A DNA stretch of 64,000 bases, taken from contig OY762463.1 in NCBI GenBank assembly GCA_963665815.1, positions 3,899,600 to 3,963,599 of the forward strand, written 5' to 3'. Source of the DNA: Candidatus Cloacimonadales bacterium. GTDB taxonomy: Bacteria; Cloacimonadota; Cloacimonadia; Cloacimonadales; JAIOQZ01. The notes under the pieces were generated by a model. That model saw only the letters and a list, made by a program, of their open reading frames with translations. It did no database searches and was not told the origin of the DNA. The translations under genes and the position numbers were made by a program. Shown here piece after piece: positions 48,935 to 59,517 of the stretch. The stretch's first letter is position 1. Each line of letters begins with the position of its first letter.

Positions 48935-49996
48935 TTAGTTTAATTCGTATTGAAGAGTCTGGAACATCATTGATTCCGATCCATTATAAGAGTCCGGCAT
49001 ATTTTGTACATATATAATCAAGTGAACATCGTCCGGGATGTCATTTTGGGTTGTAAAACTGAAGTCGATTGTCTGATTGAAATCTGTTATATCAATCTTC
49101 TTCCCCCCGATAACAACGTTGGTCAGATTTTCCTGATTACTCAGATATTTTACATCTGACACTTTTTCAACAAGATAGACAACGAGTACCGGATTGCTGA
49201 TAAGCGATTGATTAGCTTTTACAATGTCTACTGATCCAGAAACCGTTGTTCCATTTGCAGATGCTGTAACATTTTCTATATTTATGGCAGATTGCTTATT
49301 GGCAGCGGATCTTATCTGTGGCTCATAGGTATCTGTCTGAGTAGCTGTACCACCGGTAATGCTGTTGATACCATTGAATGTAACTGTTGGCCACTGATTG
49401 AAACCATAGTAGTCTTTAGCACTATAATTTTCTGCCGGATCTGTAAGAGTATTGTATTCTATGTAAGCAAATTTTCCATCTATCACACTTTCAAGCTCAT
49501 GCAGTTTTGCAGCGGCATTTGGGCAGGATGAGCAGGTTCGTGCAGTGAAAAACTCAACCAGTACGAATGTATCGTAAGGTTCAGGATTTACGCCGTCACC
49601 TGTAATAATGAATGAACTACCGTTTTGCTTAACAAAATCTACAATTGTTGTATCCAATCTGGAGGACTGACTATAAAATCGGCATGAGAATTTTTCTGTA
49701 CTGACCAGTACTTCTGCTTCTACAACAACATCCGTTTCATTAAATATATTGTTATAGAAAGCTTCTACATCGTCAATCATATAACCTTGATTCATGTAAT
49801 CATCTGAGTAGAAACTCAAAATCGTGTTAAGATTGCTGCTATTGACTGCATTTTGAATATCTGTTTCGAAGTCATTGACAAAAGAAACAAATAATGAATC
49901 TGCCGAAACTTCAGGTCCCAGAGAGTCTTCAAATCTGTTACATGCCGTTATTCCGAGAATAACCGTCAGCACAGTAAAAATCAGTATTTTCTTCAT
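48935..49996 (-). CDS. Omp28-related lipoprotein (CxxC thioredoxin-like fold)
   Basis: Lipobox ITAC; VLVEFFTARTCSSCP; WPTVTFNG; LVVYLVE; IIYVQN. Confidence 0.8.
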   Translation of the reverse strand: MKKILIFTVLTVILGITACNRFEDSLGPEVSADSLFVSFVNDFETDIQNAVNSSNLNTILSFYSDDYMNQGYMIDDVEAFYNNIFNETDVVVEAEVLVSTEKFSCRFYSQSSRLDTTIVDFVKQNGSSFIITGDGVNPEPYDTFVLVEFFTARTCSSCPNAAAKLHELESVIDGKFAYIEYNTLTDPAENYSAKDYYGFNQWPTVTFNGINSITGGTATQTDTYEPQIRSAANKQSAINIENVTASANGTTVSGSVDIVKANQSLISNPVLVVYLVEKVSDVKYLSNQENLTNVVIGGKKIDITDFNQTIDFSFTTQNDIPDDVHLIIYVQNMPDSYNGSESMMFQTLQYELN

Positions 49997-50012
49997 ATAT
50001 TCTCCATTAACA

Positions 50013-52115
50013 TTATTTTATTTCTTCAAGTGCATCCAGAATCATACTTTTGCTGATAATTTCCGGAAAGACTTTAGCGTCTTCTTTACCAGGATAGAAC
50101 AAAAGATAAAGCGGAACGCCAGCTCTTTCATATTTATTCAGCCACTCAATAATAAGTGGATCTTTTTTTGTATTATCACCTCTGTAGAGTGCAACACCTT
50201 TATCTTTGAAAGCCTGTTGAATTTCATCTGTATAAAGAACAAGCTTTTCATTTGTATTACAGGTCATGCACCAGGCAGCTCCGAAATCTACAAATACCGG
50301 AGTACCTTCAGAATGTATTTTCATTACCTCTTCAGGATCAAACTTTTTCCAGTTACCATGTTGAGTCTGTTCAGTACCTGCTGACTCTTTAAAGTCAAGA
50401 AGAAAAACACTTGAACCTACAATAATTGCAATTGCTATAAACAGAGATACCCATTGCTTAGTCTTGGAAAAATGAGGTTTAGCAAATCTTCCATAATACC
50501 AGGCAGCAATAGCCAGTGTAACTAACCAGTATAGCACCCTGATGAAATTACCTCCGCCTCCAACGAGTGCGTTGACTGTGTTAAGCAGGAATACGGTAGT
50601 TCCAAGAAGAAGAAATCCCATGAACTCCTTGAATACATTCATCCATTCCCCCGGACGTGGTATCTTTTTAATTATACCTGGCCAGAAGGCGAGAAGTATG
50701 AATGGGAAAGCAAGTCCTAGTCCTATAAGCAGGAAGAAAAGAAAGATCATTACAGGGGGTTGAGAAAATGCTACACCAAGGGCAGCACCAAGGAATGGTG
50801 CAGTACAAGGAGTTGCCAGAAGAACTGCAACAACACCACTGAGGAATGACCCCCAGTGACCTTCCTTACTGGAAGCCTGTGATGCCATTGTCATACCGGG
50901 TGCTGATATAATGAAAACATCAAATAATGAGAGTGAGAATACAAACATTATTGCAGTAAGAGAAAGAGTGAAACCAATATTCTGGAACTGGAAGCCCCAG
51001 CCTACTGATTCGCCTGTTACTTTGAGGATCACTACTACTGCTGCAAGTATAAGGAAAGATACAAGTATACCTGCAGTATAGGCAAATGAACCTTTCATTA
51101 TTTCGGATTTATTCTGTTGACTCTGGTTTACCAGGTGCATAGCTTTTATGGAAAGAACAGGAAGAACACATGGCATTACGTTAAGTATCAAACCACCAAT
51201 AAATGCCATCAGCAGGAACTTAAGAATGTTATTGTCTTTCGCTGTTTCTTCATTCGGAACTTCAGCTTGTTCAGTTGTTCCGATAATTGAAAGAACTATC
51301 GGAACTTCAAATTCCTCAGGCATGAGACAACTGCCGTTGTTAAGACATACCTGATACCCAATGTACATTGTTGTGCTAAGAGATTCTCCACTGAACTCTG
51401 GAAGAATGCTTATAGTCTTCTTAAGTTGGAATTTACCATGATATGAGATAACTCCTGTTTCATCTTTATCTCCGTCAGGATAAACTGTTTCTTCAAGTTT
51501 AAGCCCTGAATCTTCTTCAAAATCAATAAACAGGTAATCGGGCTGCCTATAGGAATGATATTTCTCAGGTAAGTCAAAATTAACAATAACTTCGGCATTA
51601 CCATTTCGTACAATTTCATCCGGAACACTCCAGTTTACTTTAATACCTCCATCGAATTCTTTTGAGTTCCCGGAACTACTCGACTCGGATACTGTGAAAA
51701 TGAGTGTTTTCTCGATTTCTTCCGGCATCATGCAAGTACCATTTTCATCGCACATCTGATATCCGATGATCAGGTTCAATATAAGTTTTTTATCTTCAGG
51801 CAGCTTGATCAGCTTGAAATTTCTCTTCATCATGAGAGTGTTTTCAAAATATTCTGTTCCATGTTCATCTTTCTTGCCGACAGGATAAATTGTTTCTCCC
51901 CAGCTTATATTCTTGTTGTCACTGTCAATAAAAACAAAATCAGGCTGGAGATTTATATGATAATGCTCTGGTATATTGATTTCTGCTGAAATCGTAATTT
52001 CATCATTTAAACCTATTTCGGTTTTGGAAGCATTAACTGTAAATTCGGGAGATACAGAAAATAAAAGCAGTGGTAGCAGGAACAGCATCAAAAATGCGAA
52101 ATTCAACTGTCTCAT
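50013..52115 (-). CDS. dsbD: Thiol:disulfide interchange protein DsbD with duplicated N-terminal domain
   Basis: Two nDsbD-like domains (YQMCDENGTC, YQVCLNNGSC); TM domain MPCVLPV and ATPCTAP; thioredoxin domain FVDFGAAWCMTC..GVPLY. Confidence 0.9.
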   Translation of the reverse strand: MRQLNFAFLMLFLLPLLLFSVSPEFTVNASKTEIGLNDEITISAEINIPEHYHINLQPDFVFIDSDNKNISWGETIYPVGKKDEHGTEYFENTLMMKRNFKLIKLPEDKKLILNLIIGYQMCDENGTCMMPEEIEKTLIFTVSESSSSGNSKEFDGGIKVNWSVPDEIVRNGNAEVIVNFDLPEKYHSYRQPDYLFIDFEEDSGLKLEETVYPDGDKDETGVISYHGKFQLKKTISILPEFSGESLSTTMYIGYQVCLNNGSCLMPEEFEVPIVLSIIGTTEQAEVPNEETAKDNNILKFLLMAFIGGLILNVMPCVLPVLSIKAMHLVNQSQQNKSEIMKGSFAYTAGILVSFLILAAVVVILKVTGESVGWGFQFQNIGFTLSLTAIMFVFSLSLFDVFIISAPGMTMASQASSKEGHWGSFLSGVVAVLLATPCTAPFLGAALGVAFSQPPVMIFLFFLLIGLGLAFPFILLAFWPGIIKKIPRPGEWMNVFKEFMGFLLLGTTVFLLNTVNALVGGGGNFIRVLYWLVTLAIAAWYYGRFAKPHFSKTKQWVSLFIAIAIIVGSSVFLLDFKESAGTEQTQHGNWKKFDPEEVMKIHSEGTPVFVDFGAAWCMTCNTNEKLVLYTDEIQQAFKDKGVALYRGDNTKKDPLIIEWLNKYERAGVPLYLLFYPGKEDAKVFPEIISKSMILDALEEIK

Positions 52116-52368
52116 TGTAACATTCCTCCGATTTTTTTTCCATTTATGTATATTTTAGTAAATAGCGTCAACAATTTTTATTATATAATAATATTTTTAC
52201 GTAGCATTACAAGCAGAATGCGTTATTTTTACTATAGGGTTTGAATAACCTAAAATCTGAATTAACCATGTTGTAATGTTTAAGAAAAATTTATAAAAAA
52301 TTAACCTTTAAAACTACAATACGAATAAACAGATACTTTGTAGAAAAGAATAGACAGTGGGAGTTAAA

Positions 52369-54405
52369 ATGTCAAACTATTTCATTGAAACTCAGCATCA
52401 TGAATGGCTGTTGACTAACAGCAGAGGTAGTTATGCACTTGGTACGGGTAATCTTCTGAACCAGAGGAAGTATCATAGTCTTTTAACAATAAATACCGCT
52501 GATCATGGTTTGAGGAAACTTGTCTCCTCTCTCGAAGAGAAGATTGAGTGGCGCGGGTATACAATAAATACCGATAGCAGTCACTACAGTAATTGTATTT
52601 ACCCTGAAGGATTTCTGCACCTGGTTAAATCATGGCTTAATCCGCACCCGATTTTTCTTTACTCATCCATTCCTCACAATAATGATATTCTGGTTATGAA
52701 GGAGATTCGTCTGCATAAAAAAAAGAATATTGTTGCAATAAAGTACACGAATCTGGGGTCGCATAAGCTTCATCTTTACATAAAACCTAAATTATCGTTA
52801 AACAATCATCACAATCTTAATGACGAAGGATATTTTGATGGAAGGACAATAAATACTGAAATTTTCAGCAAAAAGTACACGACATTCGAAACAGAAAATC
52901 CTGAAACAGGGGCAAAAGTATATGGAACATTATGTAACGGTATGATTTCAGAAAAACCTGCAATTTACAGGCAAGTATTTTATCCCTGGGAAGTTAAAAG
53001 GGGATATAACGGATTTGAGGATCTTTTCTCTCCTGTTGAAATGTATTTCAGCCTTGAACCCGGTAACACGGAGACTATATATTTTTCTGAAAAACCTTTG
53101 AAGAGTGTCAAAAAAGTAGAACAGGATCTGACTGAGCAGTATTCCGAAAAACTAATGCCTGCGGAGTTGCAAAAACTGAAAGCCGGGAGAGACATTTTAT
53201 CAAAATTAGACTATGATGATAATATTTTGTTTTCTTATGAGCAATATATGGAGATTCTCAATCAAGCGTACGAGAAGTTTCACTGCAATAGTAAAATCCA
53301 CAAAGGTTATCCATGGTATGATTGTGATGTTGTAAACTATTTGTATCAAATACCATTACTTCTTAAGATTGATCATGACTTCAAAAGTATTTTGACCAAT
53401 ATGAAAACTATTTACAAAGCGATCAAGAAAACGCTTAAAAGAAAAGATGAGAGCATCAGTAAAGAGTCCGTCTTGAGAGCTTCGTTATGGTATATCGTTT
53501 CAGCATTTAAGATTATAGATGATATCATGCTTGGTAATAAGAAGTCAGAAACATATTTGGATGATTGTCCGGATCTTATATATACCATCAGAAAAATAAC
53601 AGAATACATACAATGCGAGAAAGAATATTTCGTAGTTAATGATGACGGCATGATAGAAGTTTTAGCTGATACTTTTCCTCAAACCTGGAATGACAGCTAT
53701 TACCTGAATAAACCTTGCCATATCAGAAAGAAGTTCCCATTTGAGATAAATGCATTGTGGTATAACGTTGTATGTATAAATGAGAAAATCACAGATATAT
53801 CGACTGCTCTGGATACTAAAGTACCTAAAGTATCTGTGGATGTTACTGATATCAAACTGAAATTATCTTATAAGCTGCAGAATTTCTATCATCATAATTA
53901 TGTGGCAGATCGATTTGATGATGAGTTTCTGCATGATATAAGGGCTAACGCTCTAATCGGCTGTGCTTTACCTTTCAATGTCTTTACTCATGAACAGCTT
54001 CAGAAAATTGTTCTGACAGCCGAAATTCATTTGCTAACACCATATGGTTTGAGAACACTCTCTTATACTGATCATAACTTCAGGAAAAAGTTTACCGGAG
54101 ATGAAATACAAAGATCGTTAAACAGATATCAGGGGTCAGTATGGTCTTGGTTGCTGTATCCTCTGGCAAAAACATATATTAAGGCTTACGAGGATCTACT
54201 TCCCGCAGTAGAGATAGCAGACAAGCTGAAGCAATATATCAAGAGCTTCAGAAATGGTTTCCGAAAAGGACATATTTCTTCTGTTGCTGAGATATGGGAC
54301 GGTAGTAATCCACATTTTCCTAAAGGATGTCCTGCTTACTCCAGTGGAGTGTTTGCCTTGTATATGATTGAATTAATCATTAAAGAACTGGAGGAGAAAA
54401 AATGA
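52369..54405 (+). CDS. Glycogen debranching enzyme / amylo-alpha-1,6-glucosidase-like (GDE_N + GDE_C)
   Basis: EWLLTNSRGSYA, RKYHSLL, GYPW, EINALWYN, LLTPYGLRTLS, YQGSVW, EIWDG..PKGC. Start ATG 52369 after GGAG. Confidence 0.85.
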   Translation: MSNYFIETQHHEWLLTNSRGSYALGTGNLLNQRKYHSLLTINTADHGLRKLVSSLEEKIEWRGYTINTDSSHYSNCIYPEGFLHLVKSWLNPHPIFLYSSIPHNNDILVMKEIRLHKKKNIVAIKYTNLGSHKLHLYIKPKLSLNNHHNLNDEGYFDGRTINTEIFSKKYTTFETENPETGAKVYGTLCNGMISEKPAIYRQVFYPWEVKRGYNGFEDLFSPVEMYFSLEPGNTETIYFSEKPLKSVKKVEQDLTEQYSEKLMPAELQKLKAGRDILSKLDYDDNILFSYEQYMEILNQAYEKFHCNSKIHKGYPWYDCDVVNYLYQIPLLLKIDHDFKSILTNMKTIYKAIKKTLKRKDESISKESVLRASLWYIVSAFKIIDDIMLGNKKSETYLDDCPDLIYTIRKITEYIQCEKEYFVVNDDGMIEVLADTFPQTWNDSYYLNKPCHIRKKFPFEINALWYNVVCINEKITDISTALDTKVPKVSVDVTDIKLKLSYKLQNFYHHNYVADRFDDEFLHDIRANALIGCALPFNVFTHEQLQKIVLTAEIHLLTPYGLRTLSYTDHNFRKKFTGDEIQRSLNRYQGSVWSWLLYPLAKTYIKAYEDLLPAVEIADKLKQYIKSFRNGFRKGHISSVAEIWDGSNPHFPKGCPAYSSGVFALYMIELIIKELEEKK

Positions 54406-55745
54406 GAGTTCTTATGTTCACCTGGGAATTTCCTCCTTTTATTACCGGAGGTCTTGGGATGGCCTGCTATGGTATGGTGAAGTCACTTTTGAAGATGAAT
54501 GTTGAAATTGATTTAGTTCTTCCGACAGAGAAACTTGTATATTTCCCACTTAGATCTGTTGAGGACATAGACATCATGCCGGTTGCTTTTCTGGATAAGA
54601 AAGCAAAACAGGAGTATGAAAAATTCAATTTACAGACATTGGAAGAGAGACTTGAGTATATAGGTGTTTCTGAAACACCCGAATCATACATTACCTTGAA
54701 TAACTCAGAAAAAATTGGTTTTACTGTTCCATTCAAAGTGGTTCATGAACATGAATTTGTTATTGAATCGAAAAGAGCTGATTACGAAGAAGAAGAGCTT
54801 CTTATAAATCTGAGTGGAGATGAAAACATCTTCCAGAAAGTACAGGAGTTTATGTTCAGGGCCAACCGATATGCTACAGAACTTGATTTCGATTTGATAC
54901 ATGCTCATGACTGGCTGACTTATCCTGCCGGAATGATTGCGAAGGCAATATCAGGCAAGAAGCTTGTGTCTCATATTCATGCAACTGAGTTTGACAGGTC
55001 AGGAGGTACCGGAGATGACCGAATCCACAAGATAGAATATTCAGGAATGACATACGCTGATCAGGTTATTGCAGTTTCCAGATATACAGCCGAAATGATT
55101 ATTTCCAGATACCGAATAGATACGGGTAAAATTGGCATAGTACATAACGCATATATAATGGATAGTGAAACAAATTGTGTGAAGGACAGACTTTTTTCAG
55201 GTCCGACAATTCTGTTTCTCGGAAGAATTACCCTCCAGAAAGGTCCGGACTATTTTATAAATGTTGCTAAACGGGTTCTTGAAGATTATCCTGATGCAAG
55301 ATTTATCATGGCTGGAACAGGCGATATGGCTCGCAGTATGATACATCTGTCAGCCAAAATGAGACTTAAGCATAGATTTCTTTTTACCGGATTTCTGAAC
55401 AGGCATGAAGTTGATTCGATACTGAGGGCTACTGATATTTATATAATGCCTTCGGTTTCAGAACCATTTGGTATTGCACCACTTGAGGCAATGGCTTACG
55501 GGGTTACTGCGTTGATATCAAAACAAAGTGGAGTAGCAGAAGTCGTAGAAAATGCATATAAAGTTGATTTCTGGAATATTGATGAGATGGTTGAGAAAAT
55601 AAGCTATCTTATTGAAAATCCTGTTGAATGTGTTGAAATGGGATACTCCGGAATGCTGGAAGTAAGGCAGATTCAGTGGGATGAAGCGGCAGAGAAGATC
55701 AGGCAGATTTATAATGATCAGTTGGAATTGGACGGGGGTAGATAA
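54402..55745 (+). CDS. GT4 glycosyltransferase (glycogen synthase-type)
   Basis: WEFPPFITGGLG, HAHDWLT, HIHATEFDRSG, GRITLQKGP, PSVSEPFGIAPLEA. Confidence 0.9.
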   Translation: MRVLMFTWEFPPFITGGLGMACYGMVKSLLKMNVEIDLVLPTEKLVYFPLRSVEDIDIMPVAFLDKKAKQEYEKFNLQTLEERLEYIGVSETPESYITLNNSEKIGFTVPFKVVHEHEFVIESKRADYEEEELLINLSGDENIFQKVQEFMFRANRYATELDFDLIHAHDWLTYPAGMIAKAISGKKLVSHIHATEFDRSGGTGDDRIHKIEYSGMTYADQVIAVSRYTAEMIISRYRIDTGKIGIVHNAYIMDSETNCVKDRLFSGPTILFLGRITLQKGPDYFINVAKRVLEDYPDARFIMAGTGDMARSMIHLSAKMRLKHRFLFTGFLNRHEVDSILRATDIYIMPSVSEPFGIAPLEAMAYGVTALISKQSGVAEVVENAYKVDFWNIDEMVEKISYLIENPVECVEMGYSGMLEVRQIQWDEAAEKIRQIYNDQLELDGGR

Positions 55746-56935
55746 TGCTGAACATAATTTTTTATTTTCAGGTTCATCAACCATACAGGCTTAATCACCT
55801 GAATGTTTTGAATACCAGAGCAGGAGTAGATCTTTTTGATAATGTTCTTAACGCAGAAGTTATGAGAAAAGTAGCAGATAAATGTTATCTCCCGACAAAC
55901 AGACTTCTCTTAGATCTGATAAAAAAGTATAAAGGTAAGTTCAAGGTTTCATTTTCGATTACAGGAGTTGCTATTGAGCAGTTCAAAAAGTATTCTCCTG
56001 AAGTGCTGGATTCTTTTAAGCAGCTTGTTGATACAGGATCAGTTGAGTTGATAGGTGAGACCTATTATCATTCTCTGGCATTTCTGTTTGATTCGGAAGA
56101 ATTTCTTGAGCAGGTTAAGATGCATGAAAGGCTTATGCTTGAAGAATTTGGGGTAAAGCCTACAACGTTCAGAAATACAGAGCTAATTTATCAGGATGAT
56201 CTTTCTTATCTGATTGCCGAAGAAGGTTATGATGTTATGCTTGCTGAAGGTGTAGACAGGATTCTGAACTGGAGATCACCTCTCTATGCGTATAAGAATT
56301 TCACAAAAGAGATTTCTCTTCTTCTGAAACACTATAAGCTGTCGGATGATATAGCATTCAGGTTCTCTAACAAAGACTGGGAGGAGCATCCTCTCACCGT
56401 TGAGAAATTTGTGAACTGGGTGAACCACTTTACACTAAGTGAGACAAAAAACAGAAATCAATTTCTTAATTTGTTTATGGATTATGAAACATTCGGTGAG
56501 CATCAATGGGCAGAAAGCGGAATCTTTGAATTCATGCGTGAACTGCCGAGAGAAGTTTTGAAATTTGATAATCTGGGATTTTGTACTCCCAGGGAAATAA
56601 TAGATATTGCCAACTATCAGCAGGAATCAATATCTTTTCCCGATCCGGTTTCCTGGGCTGATCAGGAAAGGGATTTATCTGCCTGGCTGGAAAATGATAT
56701 GCAGCGAAATGCAATTGAGGCATTTTACGAGCTTTTACCAAAAATAAAAATGTCAGGAAGAAGTGATTTACTGGAGATGGCAAGGAAATTGTCAACGTCT
56801 GATCATTTCTATTACATGTGCACTAAGTATTTTCAGGATGGTGATGTACACAAATACTTTTCACCTTATGATTCGCCTGAACAAGCTTATATATATTACA
56901 TTAACGCCCTTGCAGGTCTGGAAGAAAGACTGTAG
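55745..56935 (+). CDS. GH57 alpha-amylase family protein
   Basis: FQVHQPYR, ETYYHSLA, FRNTELIY, SDDIAFRFS, MDYETFGEHQW, TSDHFYYM. Confidence 0.93.
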   Translation: MLNIIFYFQVHQPYRLNHLNVLNTRAGVDLFDNVLNAEVMRKVADKCYLPTNRLLLDLIKKYKGKFKVSFSITGVAIEQFKKYSPEVLDSFKQLVDTGSVELIGETYYHSLAFLFDSEEFLEQVKMHERLMLEEFGVKPTTFRNTELIYQDDLSYLIAEEGYDVMLAEGVDRILNWRSPLYAYKNFTKEISLLLKHYKLSDDIAFRFSNKDWEEHPLTVEKFVNWVNHFTLSETKNRNQFLNLFMDYETFGEHQWAESGIFEFMRELPREVLKFDNLGFCTPREIIDIANYQQESISFPDPVSWADQERDLSAWLENDMQRNAIEAFYELLPKIKMSGRSDLLEMARKLSTSDHFYYMCTKYFQDGDVHKYFSPYDSPEQAYIYYINALAGLEERL

Positions 56936-56958
56936 GGTATTCACCATCGGAGGTTAAA

Positions 56959-59517
56959 TTGAATCATGATAAATTTATTAAATTGCAGGTAAGGCCAAGA
57001 CTTCAGAATGATCTGGAACATTTAAGAGAACTGTCTTATAACTTGTGGAGTACCTGGGACAAAAAGGCACAACAGCTTTTCAAAAGAATAGATCCTGTAT
57101 TATTCAGAAAATGCAATCATAATCCTGTTAAACTGCTCTATTCCGTACCTTCTGAAAGACTGGATGAGCTGGCTTCAGATACCGGTTTCAGGTATGAGCT
57201 ACAGAATGTTATGGATCAGTATACGAATTACATGAAGTTTACCGGTTCTTATAAAGATAGTCGTGGAGAAGAACATGAACTTGATGAAAATCAGGAAGTA
57301 ATTGCTTACTTCTCTATGGAATATGGTCTGCATGAATCTCTTCCAGTTTATTCAGGTGGACTTGGAGTTCTCGCCGGGGATTATCTTAAAGCTGCATCTG
57401 ATCAAGGTATTCCTATGGTTGCTTTCGGGTTGTTATACAAGTTTGGATATTTCAGACAGTCAGTAAACATTGATGGTATGCAGGAAGAAGGTTATAGTTT
57501 AATAGACTGGTATACAAAACCTGTTCAGCAATTGAAAAACAGTGATGGTAAACCGCTTCTGCATAAGATAAAGCTTGGTGAAGACGAAGTCTGGTTTAAA
57601 ACCTGGATTATTAATGTAGGTCGAGTAAAATTGTACCTGCTTGATTCAGATATTCCTGAAAATCCGGAACACATCAGAGAATATTCCGAAATCCTTTATG
57701 ATACAAGAAAGAACAACAGGATTGCTCAGGAATTGCTTCTGGCTTTTGGTTCTCAGGAACTCATGCACTCTTTGAAACTCAATCCGTCTGTTTATCATCT
57801 GAATGAAGGGCATTCCGCTTTTCTGATTATTGACAGATTGAGATATTTAACAACTAAAATGGGTTATACATACAAGGAAGCAAAGGAGTTGATTTATCAC
57901 TCAACAGTTTTCACAACACATACACCGGTGATTGCCGGAAATGAGAACTTCCCGATTTCTATTGTGAAAAACTATATAAGGCAGCATGCCGAAGACTTGC
58001 AGGTGCCAATTGAAAAGCTGATCGATTATGGTAAAGTCCCCGGTGATAACACTACATACTGGCTTTCAGCACTGGCACTAAGGTTTTCCAGATGCAACAA
58101 CGCAGTTTCACAACTACATAAGGTTGTTTCAAAATCAATGTGGGAAAAGCTTTATCCTGAGTTATATGTTAAAGAAGTGCCTATTATTGGTATAACAAAT
58201 GGTGTTCATTTGCAGTCTTGGGTTTCCGAACAAATTCTTAATTTGTTTAACAGGTATATAGGACCTGAATATACTCACATTGCCGAGAGAAAGGCTATCT
58301 GGGAAAATGTAAAGAAAATACCTCTTATGGAAATCTGGGAAGCTCATAAACAGAGAAAAGACCAGATGATTTCATTCATACGAAGCAGAATGGAAAAATC
58401 TTTTGTTGCCTTTGGTGATACTAAACATCTCAGTTCGGAAGGTAAACAGGTTCTTGCTAACGATACTCTCACAATAGGATTTGCAAGACGATTCGCAACG
58501 TACAAAAGAGCAGATCTAATTCTGGAAGACCCGGAAAGACTCCTTTCTATAATAAACAATTCGGAAAAGCCGGTTCAGTTTGTTTTTGCCGGTAAGGCAC
58601 ATCCCGCCGATGAAGCCGGAAAGCTGATTATCAAGCGACTAATAGACTTTGCTCTGGAGAACAACATTCAGGATAAATTTATCTTTGTCCCTAATTATGA
58701 CATGAATATTGCCCGTCATCTGGTTCAGGGAGTGGATGTCTGGCTGAACAATCCGGTGAAACCGATGGAAGCAAGCGGTACATCCGGAATGAAAGCCGGA
58801 ATGAACGGAGTACTGAACCTCAGTGTTCTTGACGGATGGTGGGCTGAAGGTTATTCCGATGATATTGGCTGGGCTATTCCTTCACTTGATAATGTTGTTA
58901 ATGACAGTGCCAGAAGAAGAATGGAAGCGAATTTTATTTATGATCTGATTGAGAATTATGTATGTAAGCAGTACTACGACAGAGGTCAGAGCAACTTCCC
59001 TGAAAGGTGGGTAGAAAAAATGAGAATGTCTATCTACAAGGTAGGTATGAACTTCAATATGCACCGTATGCTCAGAGAATATGTTGATCATTTCTATGTG
59101 GAAACCAAAGAGAAAGTTGAAGAAATCTTTGAATCAGAACTGAAGTGTATCAAAGGTGCTATAGAATATATTGACAAGGTGAAGGAAACTTGGGACAGAG
59201 TCAGGATAGAAGACGTAAGTGTTTCTAATCTTCAGAACTTCTACGAAAGCTGCGATGAGATAAAAGTAACAGCAATTGTCGATCTGGTAGGTACAGATCC
59301 CGCAATGTATACGGTTGAAGTTATGTACATCTATAATGATGAAGGTGACTTCGCTACATACGACATGCACCTGAAAGACTATATTAATGATAAACCGAGA
59401 TTTGTCTGCCGTTTCAATCTGATAGACTCAGGTTTACAGAAAGTTAATGTGAGAATCAAAACTAAATCAGCTTACAAAGGCAGTAAGGAACACGTGTATA
59501 TTAAATGGAAAAACTGA
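56959..59517 (+). CDS. glgP: Alpha-glucan (glycogen) phosphorylase
   Basis: AYFSMEYG, YSGGLGVLAGD, HLNEGH, FTTHTPV, ITNGVH, GFARRFATYKR, EASGTSGMK (PLP lysine). Confidence 0.95.
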   Translation: MNHDKFIKLQVRPRLQNDLEHLRELSYNLWSTWDKKAQQLFKRIDPVLFRKCNHNPVKLLYSVPSERLDELASDTGFRYELQNVMDQYTNYMKFTGSYKDSRGEEHELDENQEVIAYFSMEYGLHESLPVYSGGLGVLAGDYLKAASDQGIPMVAFGLLYKFGYFRQSVNIDGMQEEGYSLIDWYTKPVQQLKNSDGKPLLHKIKLGEDEVWFKTWIINVGRVKLYLLDSDIPENPEHIREYSEILYDTRKNNRIAQELLLAFGSQELMHSLKLNPSVYHLNEGHSAFLIIDRLRYLTTKMGYTYKEAKELIYHSTVFTTHTPVIAGNENFPISIVKNYIRQHAEDLQVPIEKLIDYGKVPGDNTTYWLSALALRFSRCNNAVSQLHKVVSKSMWEKLYPELYVKEVPIIGITNGVHLQSWVSEQILNLFNRYIGPEYTHIAERKAIWENVKKIPLMEIWEAHKQRKDQMISFIRSRMEKSFVAFGDTKHLSSEGKQVLANDTLTIGFARRFATYKRADLILEDPERLLSIINNSEKPVQFVFAGKAHPADEAGKLIIKRLIDFALENNIQDKFIFVPNYDMNIARHLVQGVDVWLNNPVKPMEASGTSGMKAGMNGVLNLSVLDGWWAEGYSDDIGWAIPSLDNVVNDSARRRMEANFIYDLIENYVCKQYYDRGQSNFPERWVEKMRMSIYKVGMNFNMHRMLREYVDHFYVETKEKVEEIFESELKCIKGAIEYIDKVKETWDRVRIEDVSVSNLQNFYESCDEIKVTAIVDLVGTDPAMYTVEVMYIYNDEGDFATYDMHLKDYINDKPRFVCRFNLIDSGLQKVNVRIKTKSAYKGSKEHVYIKWKN

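Noticed and set aside
49875..50384. 169-aa plus-strand ORF and similar short ORFs opposite long genes
   Set aside because: Antisense to well-supported genes, with no RBS or family motifs.
43034..52115. Selenoproteins (UxxC) in the redox cluster, given selB and selD
   Set aside because: The CxxC codons checked are TGT/TGC and the ORFs are uninterrupted; SelD itself also has Cys.
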